In this document: positions 43,305-54,061 of the stretch, one piece after another
Layout: the number at the start of each line of letters is the position of its first letter
How positions within the stretch are numbered: the first letter of the stretch is position 1
Assembly: GCA_021775855.1 (NCBI GenBank)
Contig: JAJFGZ010000006.1
Span: forward strand, 3,761-67,760
Source: Hyphomicrobiales bacterium
Lineage (GTDB): Bacteria; Pseudomonadota; Alphaproteobacteria; Rhizobiales; NORP267
DNA length: 64,000 nt
Direction: 5' to 3'
The notes under the pieces: generated by a model
Told to the model about the DNA's origin: nothing
The model's database searches: none
Seen by the model: the letters and a program-made list of their open reading frames with translations, nothing else
Translations under genes and position numbers: made by a program

Positions 43305-44522
43305 ATGTTGCAGAAAGTCACCCGTCCAAAATTTTTCGAATGTGACGTCGCCAAAGCGCCGCTACCATTCTCCGAGGACGAATATTCGCGGCGTCTGAAA
43401 AGGTTGCGGCTTGATATGGCGCGCCGGGATATCCCAGCGGTCTTGCTAACTTCGATGCACAATATCGCATACTTTTCCGGCTTCCTTTATTGCAGTTTCG
43501 GCCGGCCCTATGGATGCGTTGTGACATCAGAGCGATGTGTCACCATCTCGGCAAAAATTGACGGCGCGCAGCCTTCGCGCCGTTCGGTTGGCGAAAATAT
43601 CGTCTACACGGACTGGGAGCGGGGAAATTTCTGGCGGGCTGTCTCCAGCGTTGTCCTTGAGTCCAAACGGATTGGCATTGAGGCCGACCACGTGACTCTA
43701 ACGTCAAGAACGGATCTGGAAGAATTTCTCCATCATCCGGAACTGGTCGATATCGCGCCGGTCACCATGGCGGCGCGGATGATCAAGTCGGAAGAGGAAA
43801 TTGCATTGATCCGGGAAGGCGCCCGCATTGCCGACGTCGGAGGCGCGGCTGTTCGCGATGCGATCCGGTCCGGGACCCGCGAAATTGACGTGGCCATGGC
43901 AGGCCGTGACGCCATGGAACTGGAAATCGCACGCGTGTTTCCAGATAGCGAACTGCGTGACAACTGGGTGTGGTTCCAGTCCGGGCCGAATACCGATGGC
44001 GCCCACAACCCGGTCACTTCCAGGCAGCTTGAGGCCGGTGACATATTGAGCCTCAATACCTTTCCAATGATCTCCGGTTATTACACAGCGCTTGAACGGA
44101 CGCTCTTTCTGGGCGAACCCGATGCCGCATCGCTAGCACTGTGGGAGGCCAATGTTAGAGCCCACGACTTGGGCCTGTCCCTGATCAGACCAGGCATCAA
44201 ATGTTCCGACATCTGCCAGACCATAAATGACCTGTTCGAAAGTGAGGGGCTGCTGGACTATCGCTCGTTTGGCTACGGCCATTCGTTTGGCGTCCTGTCC
44301 CATTATTACGGACGCGAAGCCGGACTGGAATTCCGCGAGGATATTGAAACAATTCTCGAACCCGGCATGGTCGTTTCCATGGAACCCATGCTCTGGGTAC
44401 CGCCCGGAATACCGGGAGCAGGGGGCTATCGCGAACACGATATCCTGCTGGTGACCGAAGATGGTGGAGAGAATTTCACCGGTTTCCCATACGGCCCGGA
44501 TGAAAACATTATTTCGATCTGA
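43305..44522 (+). CDS. Creatinase (creatine amidinohydrolase, M24 fold)
   Basis: FLYCSFGRPY, WFQSG.NTDGAHNPVT, YYTALERTLF, FGYGHSFG.LSHYYGREAGLE, GAGGYREHDIL match recalled Pseudomonas creatinase. Confidence 0.9.
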   Translation: MLQKVTRPKFFECDVAKAPLPFSEDEYSRRLKRLRLDMARRDIPAVLLTSMHNIAYFSGFLYCSFGRPYGCVVTSERCVTISAKIDGAQPSRRSVGENIVYTDWERGNFWRAVSSVVLESKRIGIEADHVTLTSRTDLEEFLHHPELVDIAPVTMAARMIKSEEEIALIREGARIADVGGAAVRDAIRSGTREIDVAMAGRDAMELEIARVFPDSELRDNWVWFQSGPNTDGAHNPVTSRQLEAGDILSLNTFPMISGYYTALERTLFLGEPDAASLALWEANVRAHDLGLSLIRPGIKCSDICQTINDLFESEGLLDYRSFGYGHSFGVLSHYYGREAGLEFREDIETILEPGMVVSMEPMLWVPPGIPGAGGYREHDILLVTEDGGENFTGFPYGPDENIISI

Positions 44523-44525
44523 ATG

Positions 44526-45263
44526 TTAGGTCGCTGCGAGCGGGATTAAATCCCCGCTTGCAAAATCCGACATCAAGCCGTTGCCGTCGAACGCTGGATC
44601 TGCGAGCGCGATGAACGTGTCTACCAGTTCTTCGGGTGGGGGCAGGGTGGACGGGTCTTCACCGGGCATCGCCTCGGCCCGCATCCCGGTACGCACGGGT
44701 CCGGGCGAGAGCGTATTGACCCGGACATTTGTCTTGGCGCACTCGTTCGCGTAAGTCGCAGCCAGCGCGTTGACGGCTGCCTTGGACACCGAATACGGAC
44801 CCCAATAGGCGCGGAACTTAAAGGCCGCGCCCGATGTGACGAAAATCACCCGGCCGGCATCGGATTGCCGAAGAAGCGGGTCCATCGAACGGATCAGCCG
44901 CCAATTGGCAGTGACATTGATGGTCATCACCTCGTCCCATTGTTCTGGCGCGACGTGACCAAGTGGCGACAGCGGCCCCAGAATACCGGCATTGCCGAGC
45001 AGAATGTCGAGTTTTTTCCAACGCTCGAAAATAGCACCACCGAGCCGGTCGATCCCTTCAAAGTCTGTCAGATCAAGCGGTACCAGGGTGGCGGTGCTGC
45101 CAACCGCCTGGATATCGTCATCGAGTTCCTCAAGCCCGCCGGTTGTCCGCGCAACGGCGATGATATGGGCGCCTTCGCGCGCATAGGCGAGCGCGACGGC
45201 GCGCCCTATGCCGCGCGACGCACCGGTAACGAGGGCGACCCGGTCCTGAAGCCGTCCACTCAT
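44526..45263 (-). CDS. SDR family oxidoreductase (YciK-like)
   Basis: TGASRGIG, NAG, YSVSK. Confidence 0.9.
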   Translation of the reverse strand: MSGRLQDRVALVTGASRGIGRAVALAYAREGAHIIAVARTTGGLEELDDDIQAVGSTATLVPLDLTDFEGIDRLGGAIFERWKKLDILLGNAGILGPLSPLGHVAPEQWDEVMTINVTANWRLIRSMDPLLRQSDAGRVIFVTSGAAFKFRAYWGPYSVSKAAVNALAATYANECAKTNVRVNTLSPGPVRTGMRAEAMPGEDPSTLPPPEELVDTFIALADPAFDGNGLMSDFASGDLIPLAAT

Positions 45264-46726
45264 CCGGTTTCAGCCAGCAGGGATAGATGTGTCGCACGAT
45301 GCTTGCCCTGTACATCAGTCAGGGGCGTTGGGTAATCGCCGGTAAAACAATGGTCGGTATATTGCGGGGCGGTGGCATCGCGCCCCTGATGGCCCATCGC
45401 TTGATACAGGCCGTCGATGGATAGGAAATCCAGAGAATCGCAACCGATAAATTCGCGCATCGCGTCTATATCGTGTGTGGCAGCCAAGAGATTATCTTTG
45501 ACTGGGGTATCTATGCCGTAATAGTCCGGGTGCGTAATCGGCGGGCAGGCGATCCGCATATGAACTTCGTGGGCACCTGCTTCACGGATCATTTGCACGA
45601 TCTTGACCGACGTCGTCCCTCGAACAATGGAATCGTCTACCAACACAACCCGCTTGCCGCGGATCACGCCAGAATTGACATTATGCTTCAGCTTGACGCC
45701 CAACTGGCGGATTTGCTGCGACGGTTCGATAAACGTGCGCCCAACATAATGGTTTCGGATGATGCCCAACTCAAATGGAATGCCCACGGTCTCAGCATAA
45801 CCGATGGCCGCCGGGACGCCTGAATCCGGAACGGGGACGATTACATCGGCGTCAATTCCCGATTCCCGGGCAAGCATCGCACCCATGGATTTTCGGGTGG
45901 AATAAACACTGCGTCCGCCAACGATCGAGTCTGGCCGGGAAAAATAGATATATTCGAAGATGCACGGGCGTGCCGGTAATGCCGGGAATGGTTTCAGGCT
46001 TTCGATGCCATCGTCAGTAATGACCACGATCTCGCCGTGGTCGATTTCGCGCTCGAACGTCGCTCCAATAATGTCGAGCGCGCAGGTCTCAGACGCCAGA
46101 ATGTACGAGCCGTCCAGTCTGCCCAGAACCAACGGACGGATGCCTAGGGGATCGCGCGCCCCGATCAACTTTTTGTTGGTCATGGCAACGAGGGAATAGG
46201 CGCCCTCGATTTGGCGAAGCGCATCGATGAAACGATCAATAAACTTGCGTTTCTGGCTGCGCGCAACCAGATGTAGAATAACCTCGGTATCTGACGTTGA
46301 CTGGCAAATCGCCCCATCTTCGATGAGCCGGTCGCGCAGCGTCAGCGCGTTCGTCAGATTGCCGTTGTGGCAGACCGCGAACCCACCGGAATCGAGATCA
46401 GCGTAGAGCGGCTGCACGTTGCGCAGCAGCGTATCTCCGGTTGTCGAATAGCGCACATGCCCCATGGCGCTGGACCCCTTGAGACGCTCAATCACGCTGG
46501 CTTTCGAGAAATGATCTCCGACCAGCCCGAGACGCCGCTCGGACGAGAAATTGTTGCCGTCGAAGCTGACAATGCCGACGGCTTCCTGCCCCCGGTGCTG
46601 CAGCGCGTGCAGCCCGAGCGCCGTCAATTCGGTTGCATCAGGGTGGCCATAGACCCCGAACACGCCGCATTCTTCGCGCAGTGTATCGGCGTACATATCA
46701 TCAGAATCAATTGAAATGCCGGTCAT
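45260..46726 (-). CDS. purF: Amidophosphoribosyltransferase
   Basis: EECGVFG, LQHRGQE, GHVRYST, HNGN, VDDSIVRGTT. Confidence 0.97.
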   Translation of the reverse strand: MTGISIDSDDMYADTLREECGVFGVYGHPDATELTALGLHALQHRGQEAVGIVSFDGNNFSSERRLGLVGDHFSKASVIERLKGSSAMGHVRYSTTGDTLLRNVQPLYADLDSGGFAVCHNGNLTNALTLRDRLIEDGAICQSTSDTEVILHLVARSQKRKFIDRFIDALRQIEGAYSLVAMTNKKLIGARDPLGIRPLVLGRLDGSYILASETCALDIIGATFEREIDHGEIVVITDDGIESLKPFPALPARPCIFEYIYFSRPDSIVGGRSVYSTRKSMGAMLARESGIDADVIVPVPDSGVPAAIGYAETVGIPFELGIIRNHYVGRTFIEPSQQIRQLGVKLKHNVNSGVIRGKRVVLVDDSIVRGTTSVKIVQMIREAGAHEVHMRIACPPITHPDYYGIDTPVKDNLLAATHDIDAMREFIGCDSLDFLSIDGLYQAMGHQGRDATAPQYTDHCFTGDYPTPLTDVQGKHRATHLSLLAETG

Positions 46727-46759
46727 CAGTTCACCCGGATGTTGCCGAACGGAGAGGCC

Positions 46760-47413
46760 CTAATTGCCTGTGCCGCCCGTTCCCTGTTCCAGTTGGTTGA
46801 GCTGCTGCCTCTGCGACTCTGTATAGCCTGAATCGCTGGGCTCGTCCTGATCTGACGTGCCGTTGCTATCATCCGTCGGACTTTCGCCATCGCCGCCAAG
46901 AGCCCGCGAATTGATCCGCGACAACATTGCCTCCGGATCATCGGGCAATATCGACAATATCATATCGCCAGCTGAATTGAGCAGAGGCTGTGTTTTAGCC
47001 GTCCGTACCCATTCCGGTTGATCGTTTTCCGGAACAAGCCAGATAAAAAACAGATACCCGATGGCCACCAATACGAGGCCGCGGGCCAGCCCGAAAACGA
47101 ACCCGAATGTTCGGTCAATCGCACCAACCCGGCTATCCAGGACTTTATCCCCGATCCGGATAGTAATGAACGAGACAACCACCAGCACGACAATGAAGAT
47201 TCCGACAACCAGTGAGATGTCGGCAAGCCAGTTTGGTTCCAGCGCCTCACGCGCCATCGGCTGAAACCGCGGAAACAACAGCAAAGCGGCTGCGGCGGCG
47301 GCGGCCCAGGAAAAAATAGATAATACTTCACGGGTAAACCCGCGCGCCATCGCCAGAAGTCCAGATACAAGCATGAAGATAATGACAATGATGTCGAGCC
47401 AGGTGATCGGCAT
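46760..47413 (-). CDS. cvpA: Colicin V production protein
   Basis: LDII...ARGFTREVLS, DRTFGFVFGLARG; upstream of purF. Confidence 0.92.
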   Translation of the reverse strand: MPITWLDIIVIIFMLVSGLLAMARGFTREVLSIFSWAAAAAAALLLFPRFQPMAREALEPNWLADISLVVGIFIVVLVVVSFITIRIGDKVLDSRVGAIDRTFGFVFGLARGLVLVAIGYLFFIWLVPENDQPEWVRTAKTQPLLNSAGDMILSILPDDPEAMLSRINSRALGGDGESPTDDSNGTSDQDEPSDSGYTESQRQQLNQLEQGTGGTGN

Positions 47414-47532
47414 GTAACTCTGTCTCTTCTTTGTCCTGCCGCGAATGAATCCGCCGGGTCAATTCAAGTGTAGCACACTTGTGCTTTTGATGTCTGGACC
47501 ACGTCTTTAGATCAAATTTGCGATCACGCCAA

Positions 47533-48930
47533 TCACGAACTGGAATTCGTATTCTCTTTCCCCGACCCGGCGCCGATCATGGCAACAAGGTCGGCGAGAT
47601 TGCTGACCTGCGAAACGGACAAATTGCTCTGGGATTTTTTGGTCTGGGCTTCCGGAACCACTGCGCCGGTAAATCCCAGTTTGCCGGCTTCGCGAAGCCG
47701 CGCGTCTGGTTGCGATACCTTGCGGACCGCGCCGGACAGGGACACTTCGCCAAAATAGACGTTTTCCGCCGGCAATACCGATCCTGTGAGTGCTGAAATG
47801 ATTGCCGCACTGGCGGCGAGATCGGCTGCGGGTTCAGATAGTTTTAGCCCGCCTGCCACATTGAGATAGACATCGTGCCCCGACAGGCGAATTCCGCAAC
47901 GCGCCTCCAACACGGCCAAAACCATGGCAAGCCGGCTTGAATCCCAGCCAACGACCGCCCGGCGCGGGGTCCCGAGGTTAGAATCTGCGACCAACGCCTG
48001 GACCTCAATGAGCAACGGCCTGCTGCCCTCCATAGCGGCGAATACGGCTGTCCCAGGGCTGCCTGTTTCCCGGTCACCCAGGAACAGGGCGGACGGGTTG
48101 GATACTTCAGCGAGGCCGCCCCCGGTCATCTCAAATACACCGATTTCGTCGGTCGGTCCGAACCGGTTCTTGACGGCTCGCAATATGCGGAACTGGTGGG
48201 AGCTGTCGCCCTCGAAATACAGCACCGCATCGACCATATGTTCAACGACCCTTGGTCCGGCAATCTGGCCGTCCTTGGTAACGTGCCCAACGAGTACGAT
48301 TGCCGTCCCGCTGCGTTTGGCATATCGGATCAATGCCTGCGAGGAGGCGCGAACCTGAGAGACCGTGCCCGGAGCCGATTCGATGGTGTCGGTCCACATG
48401 GTCTGGATGGAATCGATTACCGCAAGATCGGCCTTTTTGTCCGCGCCAAGGGTAGCGAGAATATTCTCGACATTGGTCTCCGCACCAAGCGAGACCCCCG
48501 CGTCAGAAAGTCCCAAACGGCGGGCGCGCAATTGTACCTGCCCAGGTGCTTCTTCCCCGGAAATATAAACGACGCGGGCTTTGGTCTTCGCGAGTTCTCC
48601 GGCAATCTGCAGCAACAATGTTGACTTGCCGATGCCGGGATCGCCGCCAACCAGCACGGCCGACCCACGCACCAGCCCGCCCCCGGATACCCGGTCGAAT
48701 TCGCTGATACCGGTGGATTTACGCGGCGCTTCGCCAAGTTCGCTATCAAGGGATACCAGCTTGACCGGGCTGCCGCGTCCCTGTTTCCCGCGCTTGGGGC
48801 CGCCCGCTGCCCCGCCGGATTCTTCCGTGATGGTATTCCACTCGCCGCACGAATCGCACCGCCCGGACCAGCGTGATGCAATGCCTCCGCAGCTCTGGCA
48901 GACAAATTGTGGTTGCGCCCGGGCCATCAA
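47533..48930 (-). CDS. radA: DNA repair protein RadA/Sms
   Basis: CQSCG...CDSC zinc finger, GGDPGIGKST, KNRFG. Confidence 0.97.
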   Translation of the reverse strand: MMARAQPQFVCQSCGGIASRWSGRCDSCGEWNTITEESGGAAGGPKRGKQGRGSPVKLVSLDSELGEAPRKSTGISEFDRVSGGGLVRGSAVLVGGDPGIGKSTLLLQIAGELAKTKARVVYISGEEAPGQVQLRARRLGLSDAGVSLGAETNVENILATLGADKKADLAVIDSIQTMWTDTIESAPGTVSQVRASSQALIRYAKRSGTAIVLVGHVTKDGQIAGPRVVEHMVDAVLYFEGDSSHQFRILRAVKNRFGPTDEIGVFEMTGGGLAEVSNPSALFLGDRETGSPGTAVFAAMEGSRPLLIEVQALVADSNLGTPRRAVVGWDSSRLAMVLAVLEARCGIRLSGHDVYLNVAGGLKLSEPAADLAASAAIISALTGSVLPAENVYFGEVSLSGAVRKVSQPDARLREAGKLGFTGAVVPEAQTKKSQSNLSVSQVSNLADLVAMIGAGSGKENTNSSS

Positions 48931-50084
48931 TTAGCCACCTCGTCATAATCCCGGTAGAGACGTGGTCCCAATTGGGTCAGCAATTCATAGGCGATCGTGC
49001 CGCTCCACGCAGCGACTTCGTCGATTGATATCGTGTTGCCGAACAGTTCGATCATGCTGCCACGGGTCACGGAACCGGGCGGTAAATCGGTCACATCGAC
49101 CGCGATCAAATCCATGGAAACCCGGCCAACAACCGGTACCCGTGTTTGCCCCACCGCCGCCATGGCAATTGGATTGTCGCCGCCATCGCCAAGGCATCTC
49201 TGGTATCCATCGGCGTAACCCGTCGAGAGGATTGCGATCAGGCTCTCCCGCTTTGTGGTGAACGTCGCGCCGTACCCTATGCTCTCGCCGGCTGCCACCC
49301 GACGGACCTGGATGACGCGGGCCTCCAGTGTTGCGACTGTCAGCATGGGGTTTGGAATATCGTCTCGCGCCGCGCTGCCGTAGAGCGCGATCCCCGGGCG
49401 GGCCACGTCAAACACGATCCGCGATCGGGCATCGTTCGACCACAACAAAGCGGCGGAATTTGCAAAGCTTGCCGGGATCCCGGGGAATGCCTCTCGGGCC
49501 GTATCGAAACGCTCGATCTGCTTCTTGTTGAGCGGGTGTCCCGGAGTATCAGCACAGGCGAAATGGCTCATCAGGAGGGCAATTTCGAAATCCGGGCTGT
49601 CGCCGAATTCGCTGGCAAACGCTGCCACGTCGATGGGCGCAATGCCGAGCCGGTTGATCCCGGTATCAATATGAACCGCCGCTGGCCGCTTCTGCCTGTC
49701 CCTTCGGCACAGGTTTTCCCATTCTTCGGCTTCCTCAAAACACGACAGGACCGGGCGGACATTCAGATCCGCGAATTGTCGCGCCGCGCCTTCCGGAATC
49801 CCCGAGAGTACGTAAATCGTGGCTTCGCCCGCGATTTCCCGAACCCGCCGGGCTTCAGCGATCTGGGCAACAAAAAACGTGTCCGCGCCGGCTTCGAGAA
49901 GTGCCGCAACGCAGGCATCCAGTCCGAGCCCGTAGGCGTTGGCCTTGACCACGGCGGCACAATTCGATTTTCCGGCCTGGCCCGCCAGCATCCGGTAATT
50001 GGCTTTCAGATTGGTCAGATTGACAGACAGGCGCGCCCCCGCCTCGAAAAGCGTTTGGGGAGTAATAGTGTCCCGCGCAGCCAA
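48927..50084 (-). CDS. alr: Alanine racemase
   Basis: AVVKANAYG (PLP lysine), HIDTGINRLG, RPGIALYG, GRVSMD, TIAYELLT. Confidence 0.95.
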   Translation of the reverse strand: MAARDTITPQTLFEAGARLSVNLTNLKANYRMLAGQAGKSNCAAVVKANAYGLGLDACVAALLEAGADTFFVAQIAEARRVREIAGEATIYVLSGIPEGAARQFADLNVRPVLSCFEEAEEWENLCRRDRQKRPAAVHIDTGINRLGIAPIDVAAFASEFGDSPDFEIALLMSHFACADTPGHPLNKKQIERFDTAREAFPGIPASFANSAALLWSNDARSRIVFDVARPGIALYGSAARDDIPNPMLTVATLEARVIQVRRVAAGESIGYGATFTTKRESLIAILSTGYADGYQRCLGDGGDNPIAMAAVGQTRVPVVGRVSMDLIAVDVTDLPPGSVTRGSMIELFGNTISIDEVAAWSGTIAYELLTQLGPRLYRDYDEVAN

Positions 50085-50087
50085 AAC

Positions 50088-51593
50088 TCAATCCCTATCG
50101 TGGTGTGCGGGCAGGTGGGAATCAGGGACGTGATTGCCGAACCGGGTAACGTCGGCCTGGAACTGCAATTTGACCGTTCCCGTCGGTCCGTGGCGCTGTT
50201 TGCCGATGATCAACTCCGCAAGTCCGTGGATTTTTTCACCTTCCTCCTGCCAGGCAATATATTCCGTGGTACCCGCACGAGGCTCCCGGCGTTCATGATA
50301 ATATTCCTCGCGGAACACAAACATGACGACATCGGCATCTTGCTCGATCGAGCCGGATTCACGCAGATCCGATAATTGCGGGCGCTTGTCGTCGCGGTTC
50401 TCCACCTGACGCGACAATTGCGAAAGGGCCAGAATAGGGACGTTCAGCTCCTTGGCGAGCGCTTTCAGGCTTGTGGTGATCTCGGAGACTTCCTGCACCC
50501 GGCCCTCGGCAGCCCGCTTGTGGGATCCGCGCAATAGTTGCAGATAGTCGACGACGATCAGGTCAAGCCCGTGCTGGCGCTGCAATCGCCGGGCCCGCGC
50601 CGCAAGCTGGGCAATGGTGATTCCGCCGGTATGGTCGATATAGAGCGGGATCGATTGCAGCTCCCTGGAGACCGCAACCAGGCGCTGAAATTCGCTGTCG
50701 GTAATTTTCCCGCGCCGGATCATTTCCGACGGGATGCCGGATTGTTCCGCGAGAATTCGGGTGGCTAACTGTTCCGACGACATTTCCAGCGAAAAGAACC
50801 CGACGACACCGCCGTTGAGTGTTTCGCGCTTGCCGTCGGCCTTGACCTCAAACTGATGGGCCCGGGCAATTTCGAACGCGATATTGGTGGCCAGTGCGGT
50901 TTTCCCCATCGACGGGCGCCCGGCAATGATGATCAGGTCAGACGCTTGCAGGCCGCCCATCTTGTGGTCAACATCCGACAATCCGGTGGCGATCCCCGAT
51001 AACCCGCCGTCGCGCTTATAGGCCTTTCCCGCCATGTCGATCGCGTCTGTGAGGGCGGTTTTGAATGTAAAAAATCCACCGCCATACTGCCCCTTTTCGG
51101 CGATCTCATAGAGGCGCGATTCAGCGACCTCGATCTGCTCGCTTGGCGGTAAATCTACAGGGGCGTCGTAGGCGTTGACGACCAGATCTTCGCCGATCAT
51201 GATCAGACCCCGGCGGGTCGCCAAGTCGAAAATGGCGCGGCCATAATCGGAGGCGTTGATGACGGTTGTGGCGGAAGCCGAAAGGCGCGCCAGATATTGC
51301 TGCACGGTCACGTCGTCCACAACCACTTCGTCTTCGAAGAAAGTTTTCACCGTTATTGGCGACGCCAGCTTCGTGGAACGTATAAGTTGGCCTACGCAAT
51401 CGTAGATCCGCTGATGGATTGGCTCAAAAAAATGATCGGGTTCGAGGAAATCCATTACCCGGTCATAAGCGGCATTATTCAGCAGAATAGCCCCCAGCAG
51501 CGCCTGTTCCGCCTCGATATTGTGCGGAGCCTGCCTGAAGGGCAGTTCAGAATCTTCGTCGATTTGAGTGGCTGCGATGCCGCGCGCGTTCAT
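50088..51593 (-). CDS. dnaB: Replicative DNA helicase
   Basis: PHNIEAEQALLG, AGRPSMGKTA, VDYLQL, LSQLSR, DLRESGSIEQDAD. Confidence 0.97.
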   Translation of the reverse strand: MNARGIAATQIDEDSELPFRQAPHNIEAEQALLGAILLNNAAYDRVMDFLEPDHFFEPIHQRIYDCVGQLIRSTKLASPITVKTFFEDEVVVDDVTVQQYLARLSASATTVINASDYGRAIFDLATRRGLIMIGEDLVVNAYDAPVDLPPSEQIEVAESRLYEIAEKGQYGGGFFTFKTALTDAIDMAGKAYKRDGGLSGIATGLSDVDHKMGGLQASDLIIIAGRPSMGKTALATNIAFEIARAHQFEVKADGKRETLNGGVVGFFSLEMSSEQLATRILAEQSGIPSEMIRRGKITDSEFQRLVAVSRELQSIPLYIDHTGGITIAQLAARARRLQRQHGLDLIVVDYLQLLRGSHKRAAEGRVQEVSEITTSLKALAKELNVPILALSQLSRQVENRDDKRPQLSDLRESGSIEQDADVVMFVFREEYYHERREPRAGTTEYIAWQEEGEKIHGLAELIIGKQRHGPTGTVKLQFQADVTRFGNHVPDSHLPAHHDRD

Positions 51594-51867
51594 TATTCTG
51601 GTGCCGCTTTATTCTGTTTGTTGCCTGCCCCGTCCCTCCATTACGGATACTCCTCCAGGGCAGTATAAGTCCATGGCCGAATTCACTAGAGCTGTGAGAT
51701 TTCGGCGAATGACGTAATATACATATTCGTCCACAAGCCGCATGTAACAAAAGATGTCATTGGCGAAAATTCGCTTGACCAAAATTCTCACCGTTAGCTG
51801 GTTGCTGACTTGCGATTCGCCGATGTTACCACACCCTGTGACACAGGCCGGGACGTGGTCCTGATAC

Positions 51868-51894
51868 AAAAAGAGCGCTCCGAAGGGAGCGCTC
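51868..51894 (-). terminator. Rho-independent terminator after rplI
   Basis: Minus strand gagcgctcc-cttc-ggagcgctc followed by TTTTT. Confidence 0.8.
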
Positions 51895-51917
51895 CAATTT
51901 GTTCAGATGCGATCTGA

Positions 51918-52640
51918 CTAGGCGGTCGTCTCGTCGCTACTTTCCTCGGCATCGGACGGGGTATTTTCTTCCGGCGCTTCCAGCGGATACGGATCTCCTG
52001 GCCCGCTTTTGACTGCAGAGCTACGTTCTTCCGCATTTTCATTTTCTGCCGCGTCCTCTTCGGCGAGTTCCGCTTCGGCTTCCGCCGCCAGTTCGGCGTC
52101 TTCGAAGACTTCTTCCGCATCCAGGCCTTCGTCGTCGTCGAGGTCATCGTCGCGCTGAGTCACGTCTTCGCCGCGTGCCTGCAATTCCGCTTCATCGTCA
52201 CTGCGCGCGACATTGACAATGATTGTCGACCCGACTTCAGGGTGGAGCGCTACCGTCACTTCGCTTAGACCAAGGGTCTTGATCGGAGCGTTGAGGTGGA
52301 CCTGAGAGCGAGTTACTTCGATCCCGGATTCTTTTAACAATGCAGCGATGTCGCGGGTCGAGACCGAGCCGTACAATTGTCCGGCATCGCTCGCCTGACG
52401 GATGGCAATATAGCTTTTGCCGTCAAGCAGGATGGCTTGACCCTCGGCGTCGGATTTCTGCGCAAGGTTTCGGGATTCGAGCTCTGACCGCTCGGATTCA
52501 AATTTGGCCAGATTGGCTTTGTTGGAGCGAAGCGCCTTGCCTTGCGGCAAAAGATAATTGCGCGCATAGCCGTCCTTTACACTAACGGTCTCGCCAAGAT
52601 TACCGAGCTTGGCGACGCGTTCCAATAATATTACTTCCAT
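51918..52640 (-). CDS. rplI: 50S ribosomal protein L9 with long acidic tail
   Basis: [35 protein letters not shown]. Confidence 0.96.
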   Translation of the reverse strand: MEVILLERVAKLGNLGETVSVKDGYARNYLLPQGKALRSNKANLAKFESERSELESRNLAQKSDAEGQAILLDGKSYIAIRQASDAGQLYGSVSTRDIAALLKESGIEVTRSQVHLNAPIKTLGLSEVTVALHPEVGSTIIVNVARSDDEAELQARGEDVTQRDDDLDDDEGLDAEEVFEDAELAAEAEAELAEEDAAENENAEERSSAVKSGPGDPYPLEAPEENTPSDAEESSDETTA

Positions 52641-52684
52641 TGTTAGTCTCCTGGTTAGTTCAATGTTTTAGGTGTTAATCAAAT

Positions 52685-53662
52685 TCATGTGGTGCGATTT
52701 CCCGGTGTCGGCAGGTTTCCGCCACCGCCAAATCGGTCGCGAAGGCGGATCCAAGGTTCCGCCAGTCCGAGCCCGCCGAGAATGAGAGCGGGTGCGCCGA
52801 GCAGCAGTAAGCTGCCATAAACGACCCCCAAAATTGCCGGCCGCATCGCCATGCCGCGGGTCACTACATGCACAACGGCCAGCCCGATGACAGCATGGGC
52901 AATCGCCAATGCACCGAGCCCGATCAGGCTCACGAGACCTGGAAAGCCCGTTAGAAATGTGCCCGCGAATACCGGAACCATGGCAAATGCGTAATTCTTT
53001 GAAAGGGTTATCTGTCCCAGGTCTTCCCACGGGCGTATGAACTGCCCGGACAGTGCGGCGATTTTTGCCCCACCGAACAGATTGAGCAGCATGATCATGA
53101 TCCACCCACTCACCAGCAGGACGGGGAGCAGGTAGGTCAACTGATCGAGAAACTGGTTATAGGCATCGATGTCGATCTGGACGCCGTCGGGCTGTAGTTC
53201 TGAACTGTCGTTGATACCCTGAAAATGCTCGCGGACGAAGGTCTGGTAAGCGTCGAAGCTGTCGCTGACAGTGAAAATACCGGCTATGGCCAGCGCAGCA
53301 GATACCAGCGATACCGACGCGACGATATGCCCGAGTGGGTACCAGACCCGTTCCGGCGCGCTATTGTCCGGTGCCGTTTCGCGGAACAACAATATCCGGT
53401 TGCAGAACCAGGCAACGGGCAGGGAAAAACTGAGTGTGAATATTACTGCAAGCGTGACGTCCCCGACATACGCCACAACGACGCCGCCAGAGACAAGGGC
53501 CGCAACGCTCGCCGGCCAGAACCAGACAAACCCGGCAATCGCCAGGGGCAGGGGAGCAGCATAAAACAGCAGTAGCGACACAAATGAGCCGCCGCCGGCG
53601 GCGACATACAGTATGCCCGCGACCAGCCCCGCCAATAATCCTGCTGCGATCAGTTTCGTCAT
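52685..53662 (-). CDS. DUF2232/YybS-like membrane protein
   Basis: Multi-TM, WYPLG motif; usual alphaproteobacterial position between rpsR and rplI. Confidence 0.8.
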   Translation of the reverse strand: MTKLIAAGLLAGLVAGILYVAAGGGSFVSLLLFYAAPLPLAIAGFVWFWPASVAALVSGGVVVAYVGDVTLAVIFTLSFSLPVAWFCNRILLFRETAPDNSAPERVWYPLGHIVASVSLVSAALAIAGIFTVSDSFDAYQTFVREHFQGINDSSELQPDGVQIDIDAYNQFLDQLTYLLPVLLVSGWIMIMLLNLFGGAKIAALSGQFIRPWEDLGQITLSKNYAFAMVPVFAGTFLTGFPGLVSLIGLGALAIAHAVIGLAVVHVVTRGMAMRPAILGVVYGSLLLLGAPALILGGLGLAEPWIRLRDRFGGGGNLPTPGNRTT

Positions 53663-53810
53663 ATTCCTGCTGTCCCGCTGCGTGAGCGGTTAGAGGCATG
53701 TCGTTTCCAGACGGCCCCAACCGGGAGGAGGCAAGTTGGCGATCGCCCGGGACCGCCAACTATCCTCATATGGAAAGCCTGAGTCGGATGTTACTCCGAA
53801 TGATCAGGCC

Positions 53811-54059
53811 CTATTCAATTACATATGGCAGTAAACCCAAAAAACGCGCGCGCTTGATTGCCTTGGCAAGTTCACGTTGTTTGCGGTGTGAAACTGCAGA
53901 AATTCGGCTAGGAACGATCTTGCCGCGCTCGGAAATATAACGCTGCATCAACCGGATATCCTTGTAATCGATCTTCTGGCCGTTATCACCGGAAAACGGG
54001 CAGGTCTTGCGGCGTCGGAAAAACGGTCGCCGTGTGGGAAGCTGTGCAATATCGACCAT
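53811..54059 (-). CDS. rpsR: 30S ribosomal protein S18
   Basis: [37 protein letters not shown]. Confidence 0.97.
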   Translation of the reverse strand: MVDIAQLPTRRPFFRRRKTCPFSGDNGQKIDYKDIRLMQRYISERGKIVPSRISAVSHRKQRELAKAIKRARFLGLLPYVIE

Positions 54060-54061
54060 GA

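Noticed and set aside
51594-51867. 86-aa ORF (51609-51869) or a gene relic between dnaB and rplI
   Set aside because: No recognisable motif or SD, and it sits just downstream of the rplI terminator; more likely the dnaB promoter region
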